A DNA stretch of 63,541 nucleotides, filler included, from Globobulimina sp. (lineage: Eukaryota): the NCBI GenBank assembly GCA_003354225.1. It is 8 parts of 8 records of this genome, joined end to end, with 100 filler letters (N's around TTAATTAATTAA, not from the genome) between each part and the next. Parts side by side here need not be neighbours in the genome. Positions count along the whole stretch, not along the records: positions 1 to 7,911 come from PIVH01000111.1; positions 8,012 to 15,899 come from PIVH01000112.1; 6 more parts are not named here. One strand, written 5' to 3'. The notes under the pieces were generated by a model. That model was not told the DNA's origin. It searched no databases and saw nothing but the letters and a program-made list of their open reading frames with translations. Of the stretch, positions 1-12,100 are shown piece after piece; within the stretch, counting starts at the first letter, position 1; every line of letters begins with the position of its first letter. The position numbers were made by a program, and so were the translations under genes.

Positions 1-626
1 CGGAGACTGATTCGATTGGAGGCACAGCGACCATCACTTTGTTGGCTATGACATTTAGTATTATTGCCATTATATTTGGCGCAATGACGATGGCCGGAAG
101 ATTGGTGAATGGATTTGTTGCTATCATGGCACATTGCCTTCGTGATGCTGGCGATTTACGTACAATGTCGGTGGCATTCGTTATATTGGGGGTCGGCAAA
201 GATGGCGCTATCGAAGACCGTCATGTCCATACAAATAAATTGTTGTCGGATGCATTGCGGTTAGCGTTATTTATTCAGAAATCTCAGATCAAAGTTAAAA
301 ATATCGTGAGAGTGAGTGATGGGATTAAGGTGGAAGCGAGGTTTCGATATTTAAATGTTGAGAATGTAAATCATATCAAAAGAGTATTGGAGACTGATAC
401 TGTCCAATTACGGAAGGAAATTGCGCGTAAATTAGAATTGCCAGATGTTGTGTTGACGGGACTTAGGTTGGATTTTGAGAGTGGAGCGGATCATAAACCT
501 GTTTTGAATGAGGTGGACGTATTAAGTCCATCGATAGAAATGGCACCGCCAGAAATTCATCGCTATAAAACTCGCGAAGATGAATTGGAAGTCGTTGAGT
601 CTGCGAGTGATGATGTAAATAAATGA
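1..626 (+). CDS. 3' part of a membrane protein of unknown function (5' end outside window)
   Basis: ORF with a hydrophobic segment near the window edge, ending at TGA 626; no family recognised. Confidence 0.5.
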   Translation, partial: ETDSIGGTATITLLAMTFSIIAIIFGAMTMAGRLVNGFVAIMAHCLRDAGDLRTMSVAFVILGVGKDGAIEDRHVHTNKLLSDALRLALFIQKSQIKVKNIVRVSDGIKVEARFRYLNVENVNHIKRVLETDTVQLRKEIARKLELPDVVLTGLRLDFESGADHKPVLNEVDVLSPSIEMAPPEIHRYKTREDELEVVESASDDVNK

Positions 627-1016
627 TACAATTAATGCATATGTGCTATTATTAAATATTCGTCTTTTTCTTTTATATATTATCGTTGTAATTTTATTTG
701 TTTATTTTCAGTATAACATAAATTTTTGTTTTGTTTTGTTTAATTAATACTTTTTTTTCTCTTTATTTGATTTGTTTTGTTTTGTTTAATTAATAATAAT
801 TTGTTTCTTGTAGTCGTGATATAAAATTGAATCAGGGCGTAAGTCAGATTCCAGACATCAATGAAAAAGCGGCGCCACAAAAATTGATTTCTTAGTATTT
901 TGAAGAAGAAAATTGGAAAAGTGCGACGCCGAAGATGTGGCGTCACAATGTTGCGCTTTTAGTCTCACTGCTATGTACAAAACCTTTTCTCTGACTCATT
1001 CTAAGTTAAATAAAAG

Positions 1017-2618
1017 ATGTCTGCTGTGTACAGGTGGAAAATACCTGTTTTGAGCATCACAAAATTAAAATATTTGTGTTATGGCTATATTCGAGAACAT
1101 GGCATGAAATCATGTATACCAAAACGTATAGCTATTGCATGCATGGATTATTTCTGTGATGGCAATATTGTCTCCAAAATAAAGAATTTATCACAATGTC
1201 AACTTATCAGCAATATACTTGAGATCGGGCCGTACAAACTTCAAATGCGATTATTACAAAATTTATTCAACGAAGCATCAATTACTCTCAATATTACTTT
1301 AGCATCGGGACCGATAACAAATGCACCGACAATAAATGCATTCAGACCGTCATTTGTCGTACGAATATTAGAGACAAACACCATTGCCAAGCCAATCCAT
1401 ATCAGTCTTGATTTGTGTGGATTGAGTAAAGAAGACCAAAAATGTCAATTTTGGTATGATTTTGGTCCAATAAAAAATCTAAAATCAATGCTCAAAAATA
1501 AAATAACCATTGAGTTAGAAATCAGCGCATTATCTGCTTTAAATGCGGAAAGCAATATTATTCACAGCAAATCTGTTGAATGTGATCATTTATCGACGAA
1601 ATTAAATGAAGTTATGGTGCCATCAGGTGGTTATTACTGGGCTTTATGTCATGGTTTTGATATCACGCACTTTAAAAATGCATCAAATGGACAGTATTTT
1701 TGTAGTCCAATGTTTGACATTGCTGCGTTTAATTGGATGATGAAAATATTTCCAAATGGCGACTTCGCAGAAGATGAAGGCAACGTTGATTTGTATTTAT
1801 TTGTAACATCTTTGCCAGCAAATATTGACACACTTTATATTGAATACAGATTTATCATTCATGATAATCATAAAAATAAAACATTTCTCTGTGAGGGATT
1901 TCATGCATTCAATCACAGTGAGCTATCTCTTTGGATTTCTACTTTGAAAACAACGCAGATTCAGCAGTTGGAGGGGATTGTGGTCAAAGTAGAGATTGCT
2001 GTGTTAGATATATTTGATAAGAATGGACGTTCAATAGATTTGGGTGGTTTTCACCACATATTTTATGCACAGACTAATGCTGATAAATTATCATTGGATA
2101 CTTTTGTTAGTTTTGTATGGAATATAAATGAGGAGGAAATGATTGAGAATATGCAAGCGGCGCTAAATGGTTATTGTATTGAATCAGTTGTTTTTGGGTT
2201 GAATGGATTTGAATGGGTTTTAAAAGTATACCCAAATGGATATGATATGGACAGTGTTGGTTTTGTTGATTTAGATATCTGTTTGGTGTCATTACCAATG
2301 GATGTTAAGCAGATATCGTGTTATTATGAGTTATGTTTGAGTGAGATTGATAGTTTTAAGGATTGTGGTTTTATTGAATTTTCAAAAAGTGAAATGAAGA
2401 CAGGTTGGACGACGAATAAATTTCCTTTTGTTAAGTTGAAGGAGATAAACATGTTAACATTCAAAGTCACAATGCGTGTAATTAATGTTTATGATGTAAA
2501 TGAAGATTTCATTTGTAAATATGTGCAACATGATGGAGCGAAAATATATTCTGATTTTAATTTTGATTCAAATTGTACTGTAGCAATGATTGATCATTTG
2601 ATTGATATATTTACTTGA
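1017..2618 (+). CDS. Tandem MATH/TRAF-domain protein with N-terminal F-box-like helical motif
   Basis: Two MATH signatures (FCSPMFDIAAFNWMMKIFPNG...GNVDLYL; ESVVFGLNGFEWVLKVYPNG...GFVDLDI); N-terminal LCYGYIRE...IPKRIA motif. Confidence 0.8.
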   Translation: MSAVYRWKIPVLSITKLKYLCYGYIREHGMKSCIPKRIAIACMDYFCDGNIVSKIKNLSQCQLISNILEIGPYKLQMRLLQNLFNEASITLNITLASGPITNAPTINAFRPSFVVRILETNTIAKPIHISLDLCGLSKEDQKCQFWYDFGPIKNLKSMLKNKITIELEISALSALNAESNIIHSKSVECDHLSTKLNEVMVPSGGYYWALCHGFDITHFKNASNGQYFCSPMFDIAAFNWMMKIFPNGDFAEDEGNVDLYLFVTSLPANIDTLYIEYRFIIHDNHKNKTFLCEGFHAFNHSELSLWISTLKTTQIQQLEGIVVKVEIAVLDIFDKNGRSIDLGGFHHIFYAQTNADKLSLDTFVSFVWNINEEEMIENMQAALNGYCIESVVFGLNGFEWVLKVYPNGYDMDSVGFVDLDICLVSLPMDVKQISCYYELCLSEIDSFKDCGFIEFSKSEMKTGWTTNKFPFVKLKEINMLTFKVTMRVINVYDVNEDFICKYVQHDGAKIYSDFNFDSNCTVAMIDHLIDIFT

Positions 2619-2791
2619 TTTGTGTCAGTGTTGTTTGGTTCTAAAAGTCCTGGAATTCCTAAAAACGACATGTACAATGATTTTGAAAATTAGTTTAATT
2701 TTAATATTACACACTGCGTTTACTTTGTTCATTTTGTAACTGTACGTACCTAAAAGTTTTTGTTTCTACTCTACATCTGACATTTGCGACC

Positions 2792-5230
2792 ATGTCGTCG
2801 GGTAGTTTCCCCGATGTGTTGCCTGAAATGAACATCCACGAATCAAACGGTGAAGTATCAGCATCGATTCAAGAAACAAACCGTGTCCGAGCCTTATTAG
2901 GATTAAAACCATTAAATGTATGTAGCAAATCCTTACACCACTCATTAATCCATACATTCACTAACACACTAAACAAAAAACAGGTTGGTTCTGCATCTTC
3001 CTCTCATTCAAAATCGAAACATAACAATAATGCCGCACAAGACACTCCAAATAGTAACAAAGTAAACAAACCACGCTCAAATGTGGATGAATTAGAAAAA
3101 TTACACTTAAAATTATCAACCAAACACAAATTAGAGAGCACAATGCGAGGTATCAGTTTAGCGCAAGAGTTACAAACAAATAGTTTAGAAAACTATTCTG
3201 CTGCGGATTGGGTCAAAAAATCCAGGCAATTGGAAAAAAAACAGAAAAAAGAAAAGAAACTGCAGTTATATGAGGAGGAGGAGGAGGATGACATTGTGAT
3301 TGATGACATTGACAGTGAGGACAGGAAACACTTAAAAGGTAAGATTGTGAATCATGACTTGTCCTCTTTTAAAAAGGGCGAAACAAAGATATTAATTCTG
3401 AAAGATTCAAAGATTTTAGACTCAAATTTAGATCTCAACCAAGAAGAGGACGAATTGATAAATGTTGAAATGTATGAAAACGAAGTCAGACAAAAAAAGG
3501 CCAATCAAATTGAAAATATTAAACGAAACAGAAAATATGACCCCTTTGACGAGCAGAATAATGATGAATTATTACCGCAGTATAAAGAAAAGAATGATAT
3601 CACCAAAAATCTAAATGCATTTACTTTGAACGAACAAGGAAACATCGATAAAAATGCGCGAAATAATAAGATTTTGGCAGAGTTGAATGATTTGGATGGA
3701 AATGAAAAGAAAAGAAAGTTCATTTCGTATGATTTGAGCGATTTGAGTGCCAACACAAGAATCGAGAGTGATTATATTGTGACATTTAAAAAGAAAAAGA
3801 AAAGAAAGAAGAAAAAAAGAAAAAGGCAACGTGAGCATGGCAATGATAGCAAGCGTGCAAAAAAAAGGAAAATTGAGATTGACGGCGATATTCCCATCGA
3901 GTTAGCCGACGAATATAAAGGAAAAAAATATGCATTTTTAGATTCAGCTGAAGTTGCTACAAATAAATCCTTTGGAAAACGAGATGAGATATTAAATGCA
4001 TTGAAGTTATCAGAGATGGAAGAGGCCAAAGAAAGGGAAAGAATGAAGAGGTACAATACGGCGTTATCCAAAGCAAACAAATCAATGATTGCGAACTTAG
4101 CAATGAATGAGATATTGGCGGAATTTGCGAAGGGGGAAGAAAGTGAAGAGGATGAAATATTTAATAATACATTGCAGCGGGCACAGATATTAGGCGCTAA
4201 ACAATTGAATGACGACGGCACTCAAACAAATACAGAGAAAATATTGGAGGAAAACGAAAATGAAAATAACAAAATGATGATAGATGACGAGGACGGCATC
4301 ACTGTGAATATAACGAGTCAATTCAGTGATGGTTTAAATAATGTCATTAATGAAATGAATGAGTATGAAAACGACATGATTCTGCAACAGCAGCAACAGC
4401 GAGAAAGTGAGCAATACGACATTGAGCATGCAATGATCGTCGACAATGAGCATGGCAATGATAAGGACCATGCGGAGGATGGTGGATGGATTGAATGCGA
4501 TAATGACGAGAATAGAAATAAAATCAAAGCGAAGGAGACTGGAAAGGCAGAGTCGGAGCCGGAGCCGGAGGCTTTGGATGCGTCCATATTGGAGCGAGAG
4601 CCGCTTGTTTGTCACAGTATGGCGGAGACCATGTTGCATATTAAAAGGAGGGGCTATTTGGAGAACGAAGGTGGCGAAGAGAGTGTCGATGGTGTTTCGA
4701 GACTGAGCTCCGCAAATATTGGTATTTCGAAACAGAAGAAAGAAGAAATAAAGAAATGGAGTGTGGAGAAAGTGCTTAAATGGTTGAAAAAGAGTGACAA
4801 TTATTTATATCAGAAGTTCCGAGAGAACTTCTTATTGAAAAGAATTGATGGTTTGCAATTGTTGAATTCTTGCAGCAGTTCCTCTTTTTTGCGAGGCGTC
4901 ATTGGAATGGGCAACAATGAGTATGATATCAGTAAATTTTTTAAGATTTTAGGGGAATTATGTGGCGATCCGGCACCAGATATTAATTTAACTCACAATG
5001 ATGATTATGGACAACCGATGACTGCAAAGGAAGCGTTCAGGAAATTATCGCATAAATTTCATGGCAAAAAGTCTGGTCCGAAAAAGGAAGAAAAAAGAAT
5101 TAAGAAAAGAAATATTGAGTTACAAAGGAAGATTAATAATTATATTGATACTCCTTTGCAAACCTTAACAAAATTGAAACAAACTACGGAAACGTTGAAT
5201 AAACCATTTGTTGTTTTAGATAAACATTGA
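2792..5230 (+). CDS. SART1: U4/U6.U5 tri-snRNP protein SART1/Snu66; probable in-frame 66-nt intron 2918-2983
   Basis: HIND motif SIQETNRVRALLGLKPL; C-terminal DDYGQPMTAKEAFRKLSHKFHGKKSG; GTATGT...AAACAG intron. Confidence 0.9.
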   Translation: MSSGSFPDVLPEMNIHESNGEVSASIQETNRVRALLGLKPLNVCSKSLHHSLIHTFTNTLNKKQVGSASSSHSKSKHNNNAAQDTPNSNKVNKPRSNVDELEKLHLKLSTKHKLESTMRGISLAQELQTNSLENYSAADWVKKSRQLEKKQKKEKKLQLYEEEEEDDIVIDDIDSEDRKHLKGKIVNHDLSSFKKGETKILILKDSKILDSNLDLNQEEDELINVEMYENEVRQKKANQIENIKRNRKYDPFDEQNNDELLPQYKEKNDITKNLNAFTLNEQGNIDKNARNNKILAELNDLDGNEKKRKFISYDLSDLSANTRIESDYIVTFKKKKKRKKKKRKRQREHGNDSKRAKKRKIEIDGDIPIELADEYKGKKYAFLDSAEVATNKSFGKRDEILNALKLSEMEEAKERERMKRYNTALSKANKSMIANLAMNEILAEFAKGEESEEDEIFNNTLQRAQILGAKQLNDDGTQTNTEKILEENENENNKMMIDDEDGITVNITSQFSDGLNNVINEMNEYENDMILQQQQQRESEQYDIEHAMIVDNEHGNDKDHAEDGGWIECDNDENRNKIKAKETGKAESEPEPEALDASILEREPLVCHSMAETMLHIKRRGYLENEGGEESVDGVSRLSSANIGISKQKKEEIKKWSVEKVLKWLKKSDNYLYQKFRENFLLKRIDGLQLLNSCSSSSFLRGVIGMGNNEYDISKFFKILGELCGDPAPDINLTHNDDYGQPMTAKEAFRKLSHKFHGKKSGPKKEEKRIKKRNIELQRKINNYIDTPLQTLTKLKQTTETLNKPFVVLDKH

Positions 5231-5488
5231 ACTTTGGGTTAGAAAAACAGCTTAACCCTCTTTTGGTGTCGAAAATACTCGAAATAATAAACACAATTTG
5301 TTGCTATGTGATGTGTATTCTCGTCAACTTCACAAAAACGTTTTACAACCGATTAAATTCCGAAAAACTCAGGAGTCAGTCAGCTAGATTGAATGGCAGC
5401 TGCTTGGCGGAGATATAATTATTCCGGAAATACGCAAATGAATTTCAAAAAACATAACCAAATCAGCAACAAACAACGAATAATTTAA

Positions 5489-6466
5489 ATGACAACAGAA
5501 ACAGCACAAGGGACTATTTTGGAGATTACATCACAAACTTACAACACCTATGAAATGGAGATGGAGCAACAAGATGCGAAATGTTGCAGAATCTGTTATG
5601 AATCGAACAATCCCAAAACAATGATTGCTCCGTGTTTATGCAAAAGTGATTTAAAATGGATTCACCGAACCTGTTTAGATGAATATCGGGCATTCAATAT
5701 CGCACATCCATCATTTACAAAATGTACAACCTGTAATTTTGACTATATAATGGCGAAAAAAGCCAATAGTTGCTGCAGATCACCACATACAATATTTCGA
5801 ATGAGAGTGACTTTGGACGTTCTCAAAATTGTATTATGTTTCTGTGCATCATTGTCATTCATTGCATTGTGTTGGTATCAAGCCATAATTCAAGGCAGTG
5901 CGGCTGGTGGGGACCAATGGGAAGCTTTGCAAACAGCATTTCTTTATGCAACACCTACATTGCTCATAATATTAGGCATTGTTGGTATATTTCATGGTTG
6001 TTTTTATGCTTTTTGTTCAAAAAAAAGCCATTCATACAATGATAACAATTATTATCGAGGACATAATGGATGCTGTGATGGAGGGGGCTGTATATACATT
6101 GGCAACGTCAATAATTGCGGAAATAGCAGTAATTGCGGGAATTGTGGTTCTGGCAGTTCTGGCAATGATGATGGGGTTGCTGTTATTCTGGCGGTTCTTG
6201 CAATTTTCCTGCTCATTGTTGGTATTATTTATTTTTTGGTGGTAAGTTGTGTGTTAATTAGTAGAATATCGGCGAAACATTATGCGAAATTAAATGCAAA
6301 GTTGATGACAATGGAGTATGTTGTCAAAGATTTACAAAAGTATTCTATTGACAAAATATTAAAAATGAAAGATGAACAAGAATTTGTCAAAGAAAAAGAA
6401 AATCCGATTCCAAGTGCACCCGAAGAAGTGGAATCGAAACACTGTAAAAGTATCACAATTATGTGA
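5489..6466 (+). CDS. RING-CH (RINGv/MARCH-type) membrane E3 ubiquitin ligase
   Basis: CRIC...APCLCK...WIHRTCL...CTTC followed by about three hydrophobic helices. Confidence 0.85.
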   Translation: MTTETAQGTILEITSQTYNTYEMEMEQQDAKCCRICYESNNPKTMIAPCLCKSDLKWIHRTCLDEYRAFNIAHPSFTKCTTCNFDYIMAKKANSCCRSPHTIFRMRVTLDVLKIVLCFCASLSFIALCWYQAIIQGSAAGGDQWEALQTAFLYATPTLLIILGIVGIFHGCFYAFCSKKSHSYNDNNYYRGHNGCCDGGGCIYIGNVNNCGNSSNCGNCGSGSSGNDDGVAVILAVLAIFLLIVGIIYFLVVSCVLISRISAKHYAKLNAKLMTMEYVVKDLQKYSIDKILKMKDEQEFVKEKENPIPSAPEEVESKHCKSITIM

Positions 6467-6627
6467 TCACTGTGATGGAGTGTTGACAAATAAACGTTCC
6501 AATCCGTGTAAACTTGCAATTGAGACTTCCATAAAGAGTTAAAAAAATAAAAGAGTTTTTTACCGCGCTGATCTAACTTGTCTCATCCTTTCGTTTTCAA
6601 ACTTTAGTATACGCATTTACGCAAAAC

Positions 6628-7297
6628 ATGGAAACCACATCAGGATATCCGGGAGGAGATGCAAAAGAAGAATGGAGACGTTTATCGGCAGAGAAATGTT
6701 GTTGTAATACTAGCTGCAGTTGTTGCACCTTATCATGCTGCGGTTTATTCATATTAATTCTATGGATAATATTTGGTGCATTCGGCGCATATTCAGCCTA
6801 TGTCACTTTAGGTTTAGTAAATGATTCATTTGTTTCGGGTTCTTGTTGTCAAGGAACTATTTGTTGGGATGAATGTTGTGTTGGTACTATTGAAAGTTTC
6901 GGGTATCAGATTGCCACACAATTCCAAGGAATGACATGTGAAGAAGTTGAGCCCGCTTATACAATAACAATGATTGATAATATTCTTGCGGTAATTGCTG
7001 GCATATGTGGTGTTGTTGGTATTTGCGCCTTTATTTGGTGTATGTTACTCGTTCCTTTCGCTTACTCCATAATTACAATCATTATCGCCGCCATAATTAT
7101 GTTTGTTTTGAGTGACTATGAGAATATTACGAATTATTTTGGTTTTATATTTGCTGGTTTGATCGCATATTTATTTTTTATGAATTTTAAAATTGTTAAG
7201 TTTTTATGTATATACGTATTTGATAGGTAATTTATCAGCTATTCTCTCAATAATTTATTATATACAGATGCGAGATGCTGTAAAAGGGAATCCTTAA
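6628..7297 (+). CDS. Cys-rich multi-pass membrane protein; exons 6628-7194 and 7268-7297
   Basis: About four hydrophobic segments with Cys clusters; phase-0 GTTAAG...TACAG intron. Confidence 0.6.
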
Positions 7298-7545
7298 ATG
7301 TAAAATATGTAAAAATTATACTGTTTTTAGGATTGTTTTGCCATTTTTGGTTGTGTTTGTTTTTTGTTGTTGTTTTTTTAGGCTTAAGTAACAAAATTTA
7401 ATTAATAATTTCAGTATTTTATCATGTAAAAAAATGATCACAAGTCAATAAAATCGTTTCTGGGAACACAAGACGATCTATGTTCAAGTACTTTCAAATA
7501 TCTAAAAGTGATTTTTTGTTGTGTACCGAGTATGAAGAAGGAGCT

Positions 7546-7696
7546 GCAAAATATGGATCTCTACTGTAGGTAAACAACATACCTGCAAACAATGTTATTT
7601 ATACATATTATTTAGACATCACCATACAATCGAACATGTATAAATACTGCTTCTTTATATCATTGATAAACTCATGGGATATAATATTTCCATATC
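7546..7696. repeat. About 150-bp dispersed repeat, copy 1 (copy 2 at about 34485-34634)
   Basis: Visual alignment: GCAAAATATGGATCTCTACTG...AACATACCTGCAAACAATGTTATTTATACATATTATT...ATGTATAAATACTGCTT...ATTGATAAACT shared, with scattered substitutions. Confidence 0.9.
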
Positions 7697-7911
7697 TAAA
7701 CTTTGCATATGTTGATCGCTAACTGAAAAGGGAAAATAGATGTTATCATTACTGAAACTTAGTGGAATTATTAAAGAATTTTACCCAATTACTGCCGCAC
7801 GATGTTTTTCCCAAAAATATCTTGCGCGATCTCACGGTTGACAAACAAAGTTTGCGACCTTATCGAAAGCTGAAAGTTTTCGAGTGAGGTTCTTCGGACA
7901 AACTTTTACAT

Positions 7912-8011
7912 NNNNNNNNNNNNNNNNNNNNNNNNNNNNNNNNNNNNNNNNNNNNTTAATTAATTAANNNNNNNNNNNNNNNNNNNNNNNNNNNNNNNNN
8001 NNNNNNNNNNN
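7912..8011. other. Artificial contig linker (also 15900-15999, 23861-23960, 31822-31921, 39774-39873, 47715-47814, 55640-55739)
   Basis: N44-TTAATTAATTAA-N44, stops in all six frames, recurring about every 7.9 kb. Confidence 0.99.
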
Positions 8012-8143
8012 GATTACGAGCGATTAATAAATGCATGTATGAGGGAAGAAAAACAAAATGGTACAATTGCACGCACTGCAAACAGATTAAATTCTGATCA
8101 GAATTTCAAAAAACAAATCAAAACAACATATTGAAACAGGTTT

Positions 8144-8812
8144 GTGTCGATGGTTAATAGAGAAATAATAAAATGGGGGCAGTTATACAATAAAACGTAT
8201 TTAAATCAAGATTTGTTACAACATTTGGAAATTGCTGACCATGCAATTAAAATTCCACCACGGTGTACCTGTATTTGCTTAGGAGCTAATAATTTAGATT
8301 CATTGCAAAAGTTTTTATTTGATCGAAGTATTGACAGTATTGTATTGTTATCAATTGTTGATAATAAGTTTAGACGGTTAGATGCTGAAACATTCGGTAC
8401 ACGGTTAAATAATTTGCAGTATGTTGATGTTTCTGAAAATCCAATTCAAGGAGTTATTGATTTCAATGCGTGTAATTCTACTCTTACAAAGACAGTGGAC
8501 TTTCTTATGGCAGGATGCAAATTTGTAACAAGACTCGTAAACATACCCGAAACAGTAAAAACTCTGAACATTGTTAATTCAGGAATTACATCGCCAAATC
8601 AATTAGAATTTGAGAATGAAATTAGATTAATCGGCATTACAATGAGTAGTAATCAAATAAAACAGCGTAGAAGTGCGTGGGAAACGTTTTTCCGTCAAAA
8701 TCACATAACTTCTGTGTATATTCAAAATGACGCCGAAGATTATGATGGTCAAAACAAGAGGAGGTATCATATGAGGAAGAGAAAAGCAAATATTTGCAGA
8801 ATGCAACGTTAA
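8144..8812 (+). CDS. Leucine-rich-repeat-like protein (5' end uncertain, near contig edge)
   Basis: LRR-like segments ICLGANNLDSL, LQYVDVSENPIQG, VKTLNIVNSGITS. Confidence 0.55.
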   Translation: MSMVNREIIKWGQLYNKTYLNQDLLQHLEIADHAIKIPPRCTCICLGANNLDSLQKFLFDRSIDSIVLLSIVDNKFRRLDAETFGTRLNNLQYVDVSENPIQGVIDFNACNSTLTKTVDFLMAGCKFVTRLVNIPETVKTLNIVNSGITSPNQLEFENEIRLIGITMSSNQIKQRRSAWETFFRQNHITSVYIQNDAEDYDGQNKRRYHMRKRKANICRMQR

Positions 8813-9143
8813 TAATTATTGTGTTGAAAGTGTCGATCCATAACATATTTGATATTTCAATTTTGTATTTTTTGTTGTCGATTTTATAATAATATACACT
8901 GTTACATGGCAAACCAAAGGCAAATCCAACACAAATTAAATAAAAGCTAGACTACTTACAAATTCATTAAGTACTCAAATCATTTGATGTCTTGTTTTTA
9001 ATGGGAAAAAGTGATGAGATGAATTAAGACTATTTGCAGTGCTGGCTAGCGTCATTGGTGAAAAAATAAAAACTATATACTTTATAATAAAAACATTTTA
9101 AGCAAGGAAATTATAGTTTTGATGCTGAAAATAAAAATACGAA

Positions 9144-12100
9144 TCATTCAAACAACTGCGAGATTTCGTAAGTTTGCAATTTTGAATTGCTGTCATTTCG
9201 AATATTGCCAGCAACAGCAATTGAATTTGAATTTGAATTTCCATTAATTTTCTTTTTGTTTATGTTCCATATCTTTTCTTCGATGCTTTGTTTCATGATT
9301 AAAGTGTGAATGTAGACTTTTTTAGTTTGTCCCAAGCGGTAAACCCGATTAATAGCTTGCAGATAGAGAGCCGGATTGAACTGCGGCTCCATCATAAACA
9401 CATGATTTGCACTCGTCAGAGTAATGCCGACTGCGCCACTTCGCACTGTCAACACAAACACTTTGATCTCGCCATCGTCGGCAAAGGACTGCAACGCTTT
9501 TTTGCGCGCATTCATAGTCATCGAACCAGTCAACGTCTTATATTTAAATCCATTCTTTTCCAATTCACAGCATATCCAATCCAATGAGGAAGAAAATGAG
9601 GTAAAAATTAATGATTTATCTGACGCTTTCTCGGTGGACAACTTTTTTAATTCGCACATTAATCGAATCAGTTTCGAGTCAAATTTAATCATTTCATCAT
9701 CATCGCCACTCTCAATTATCTCTTCTTTTTTTGTCTCCTCTTTCTCTCTTTCTTTTCCTTTTTCTTTTGGCGGTTTTCGCAGTTCTTTCATGCCGCATTT
9801 CTCTCTACACATTGGACATTCTGCCTTTTCGCTCAATATCGCTTTTATGCATTCTGCGCAGAAAATGTGTCTACAAACTGTCTGCAACGGATCATCCAAC
9901 GGAGTCTCGTAACAAATTGGACACTCCGCATCAGCCACATTATAAGCTTCAAAGTGCGCCAATTCAAACAATTCCTGCGCAGATTTATTTTTATTGCGCC
10001 AATCGTTGACCATTTCGCGTACTCGAAGCGTCCGCGTCTGCGCCGCACATAACTCCTCCTCAATTTCTTCTGTTTTATAAATGTGTCCGCTGCACGCTCG
10101 CCGGCACCACGTCAGCGAGGACAGAATGGAGATGCTGCCCCGGCCGATATTGCCCGTCGACGCATATATGGAATACCGCTCTTTCGCCGTCGCGTATAAC
10201 TTATTATAATATTTACGTTGTTGCTCGCTGGCAAAAGCAATAAAAATCACATTTTCCTCTTTCTCGGGCAACCAAACAATTTCCTCGTCATTAAACTTTT
10301 GCGATTTCCTGTGTCGCATAACCAGATATTTCATGATTTTCAACATTGCAACGCAGTGAGTCTCGGTCTTCCAACCTCGCGCTTTCGGGTTGAAATTGCG
10401 CGACGACACTTTTCCAACATCGATTTGCGACAAATGCGCTGCAGTAAAACCTAAAAATTTCAGTTGATTGTGAATATCAAACAACTTTGTGCCAAATGGC
10501 GTGCCCGTCAACAGCCATTTATTTATGCCACGCAATTTATTGATATTCTTACTGCACTCAGTCGCTCCATTTTTAATACAATGACTTTCGCCCAAAATGA
10601 TGCGAAACCACTCAATGCAGTGCAAAATATGTTTGCTGCGATTGTCCCCCTTTTCTTTCCCCAAAATGCCGTACGTAGTATATACAATATCGCAGTTCAA
10701 ATAAAATGCCGCCGCCCTCTTCCGATTGGAGCCGTAATACCGAACCACTTGCAACTTTTTGCCGCATTTCTCCGCCGTTTCCTTCTCCCATTGTCCCACC
10801 AAACTGACCGGCGCAATAATCAGTGTTGCGGCCGATTTATAATATTTATACTCTTCGTTTTCAACCATTTCCGAACAAGAAACTTCCAATTCGGCGTTGA
10901 AATATTGCCTTTTATTGCAAGTTATCAATGAAAGCATTTCCACTGTTTTGCCCAAACCCATTTCCTCGCATAAAAAGCCTCCGTGCACACTCGGCAAATG
11001 TTTATTTACTACAATTTCTCCAAAAACTTTGCTGATGTAAAAAAAGCCAGAATCGCACTCTCCAAATTGATAGAAATGTCGATAAAAACCAACCGCATCG
11101 TTTTCCTCCGCCAGCATCCATTCAATGCTCTGACATTGATAGGGATACAAAGCCACAGAAATGCCATATTTGCACTGTTTAATACTTGAATAGGCCTCGA
11201 ATTTATACTTACAAGCATAGTCCAACAAATTCGGCAAAGTCCAGTCATAGCCCGCATGCTTATAATCTGCCACTAACTGCGTAGTCTCCATGTAATCATC
11301 GTAGATCGCCCGGTTATCACAGCAAAATGCAATGGCTTTACTCATAGAAATATCAAAACTGTCATGCTGTGCCAGCACTGCGTCCATGCCATCAGTTTCG
11401 ATCTGGCGCGTCACATAAATCTCAAATACAGATTCATACAAACCTGCAGTGGTATTGTTAATGGCCGCATCTTCACTGCCAAAGCCCCAAAAAGAACGTG
11501 TATGTTTCTGTGAAAATGGCATCACCACTTCGGACACCTCAACAGTGGCAGTTTTATCCTCTAATCCAAGCAATGTGGTGCTGTTTACGCGTACTTTGAT
11601 ATAAGTCCCTATCATATTTGATATGTTTGACATACTTTTAATAGCAAATAATGAGTACAATACCTTGGTTATTCATTTGGGAGATAATATGGCCATAAAA
11701 TTCCTTGATTTGCTCAGCATCGCTACCAAACCAAGCATGTTCTGACGGATATTGGATGGAAATGCCACCGTCAGACTGCCACCATAAGTCATGTATGGAG
11801 TTGATTTTAGCTCCATTGCGTACGCTGTATTTTATGGTTATAGTCCCAAACGATAACCGTTTCCATGTTAGATGGTTAACGGGTAATTTTGGTAAGACAT
11901 TGGCTCGTTTTTCTTCTATTTCTGGTTGGATGTTATCTGATTCTTCCTCAGTATCTCGCTCTGCTTTCATCTTAATCAGAATATAATATATATATTAATT
12001 TAAATTGAGATAAAAAAGAAATTAATAACTGATGAATTTGCATTGGTGGCAATTTGCCGGATTTTGCGTCTTTTAGTTTGTGGTTGATTGGTATTGGTAG

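Noticed and set aside
917-960. Hairpin upstream of the MATH gene containing CGCCGAAG (riboswitch-like)
   Set aside because: Short stem with wobbles and none of the other glycine or lysine riboswitch elements
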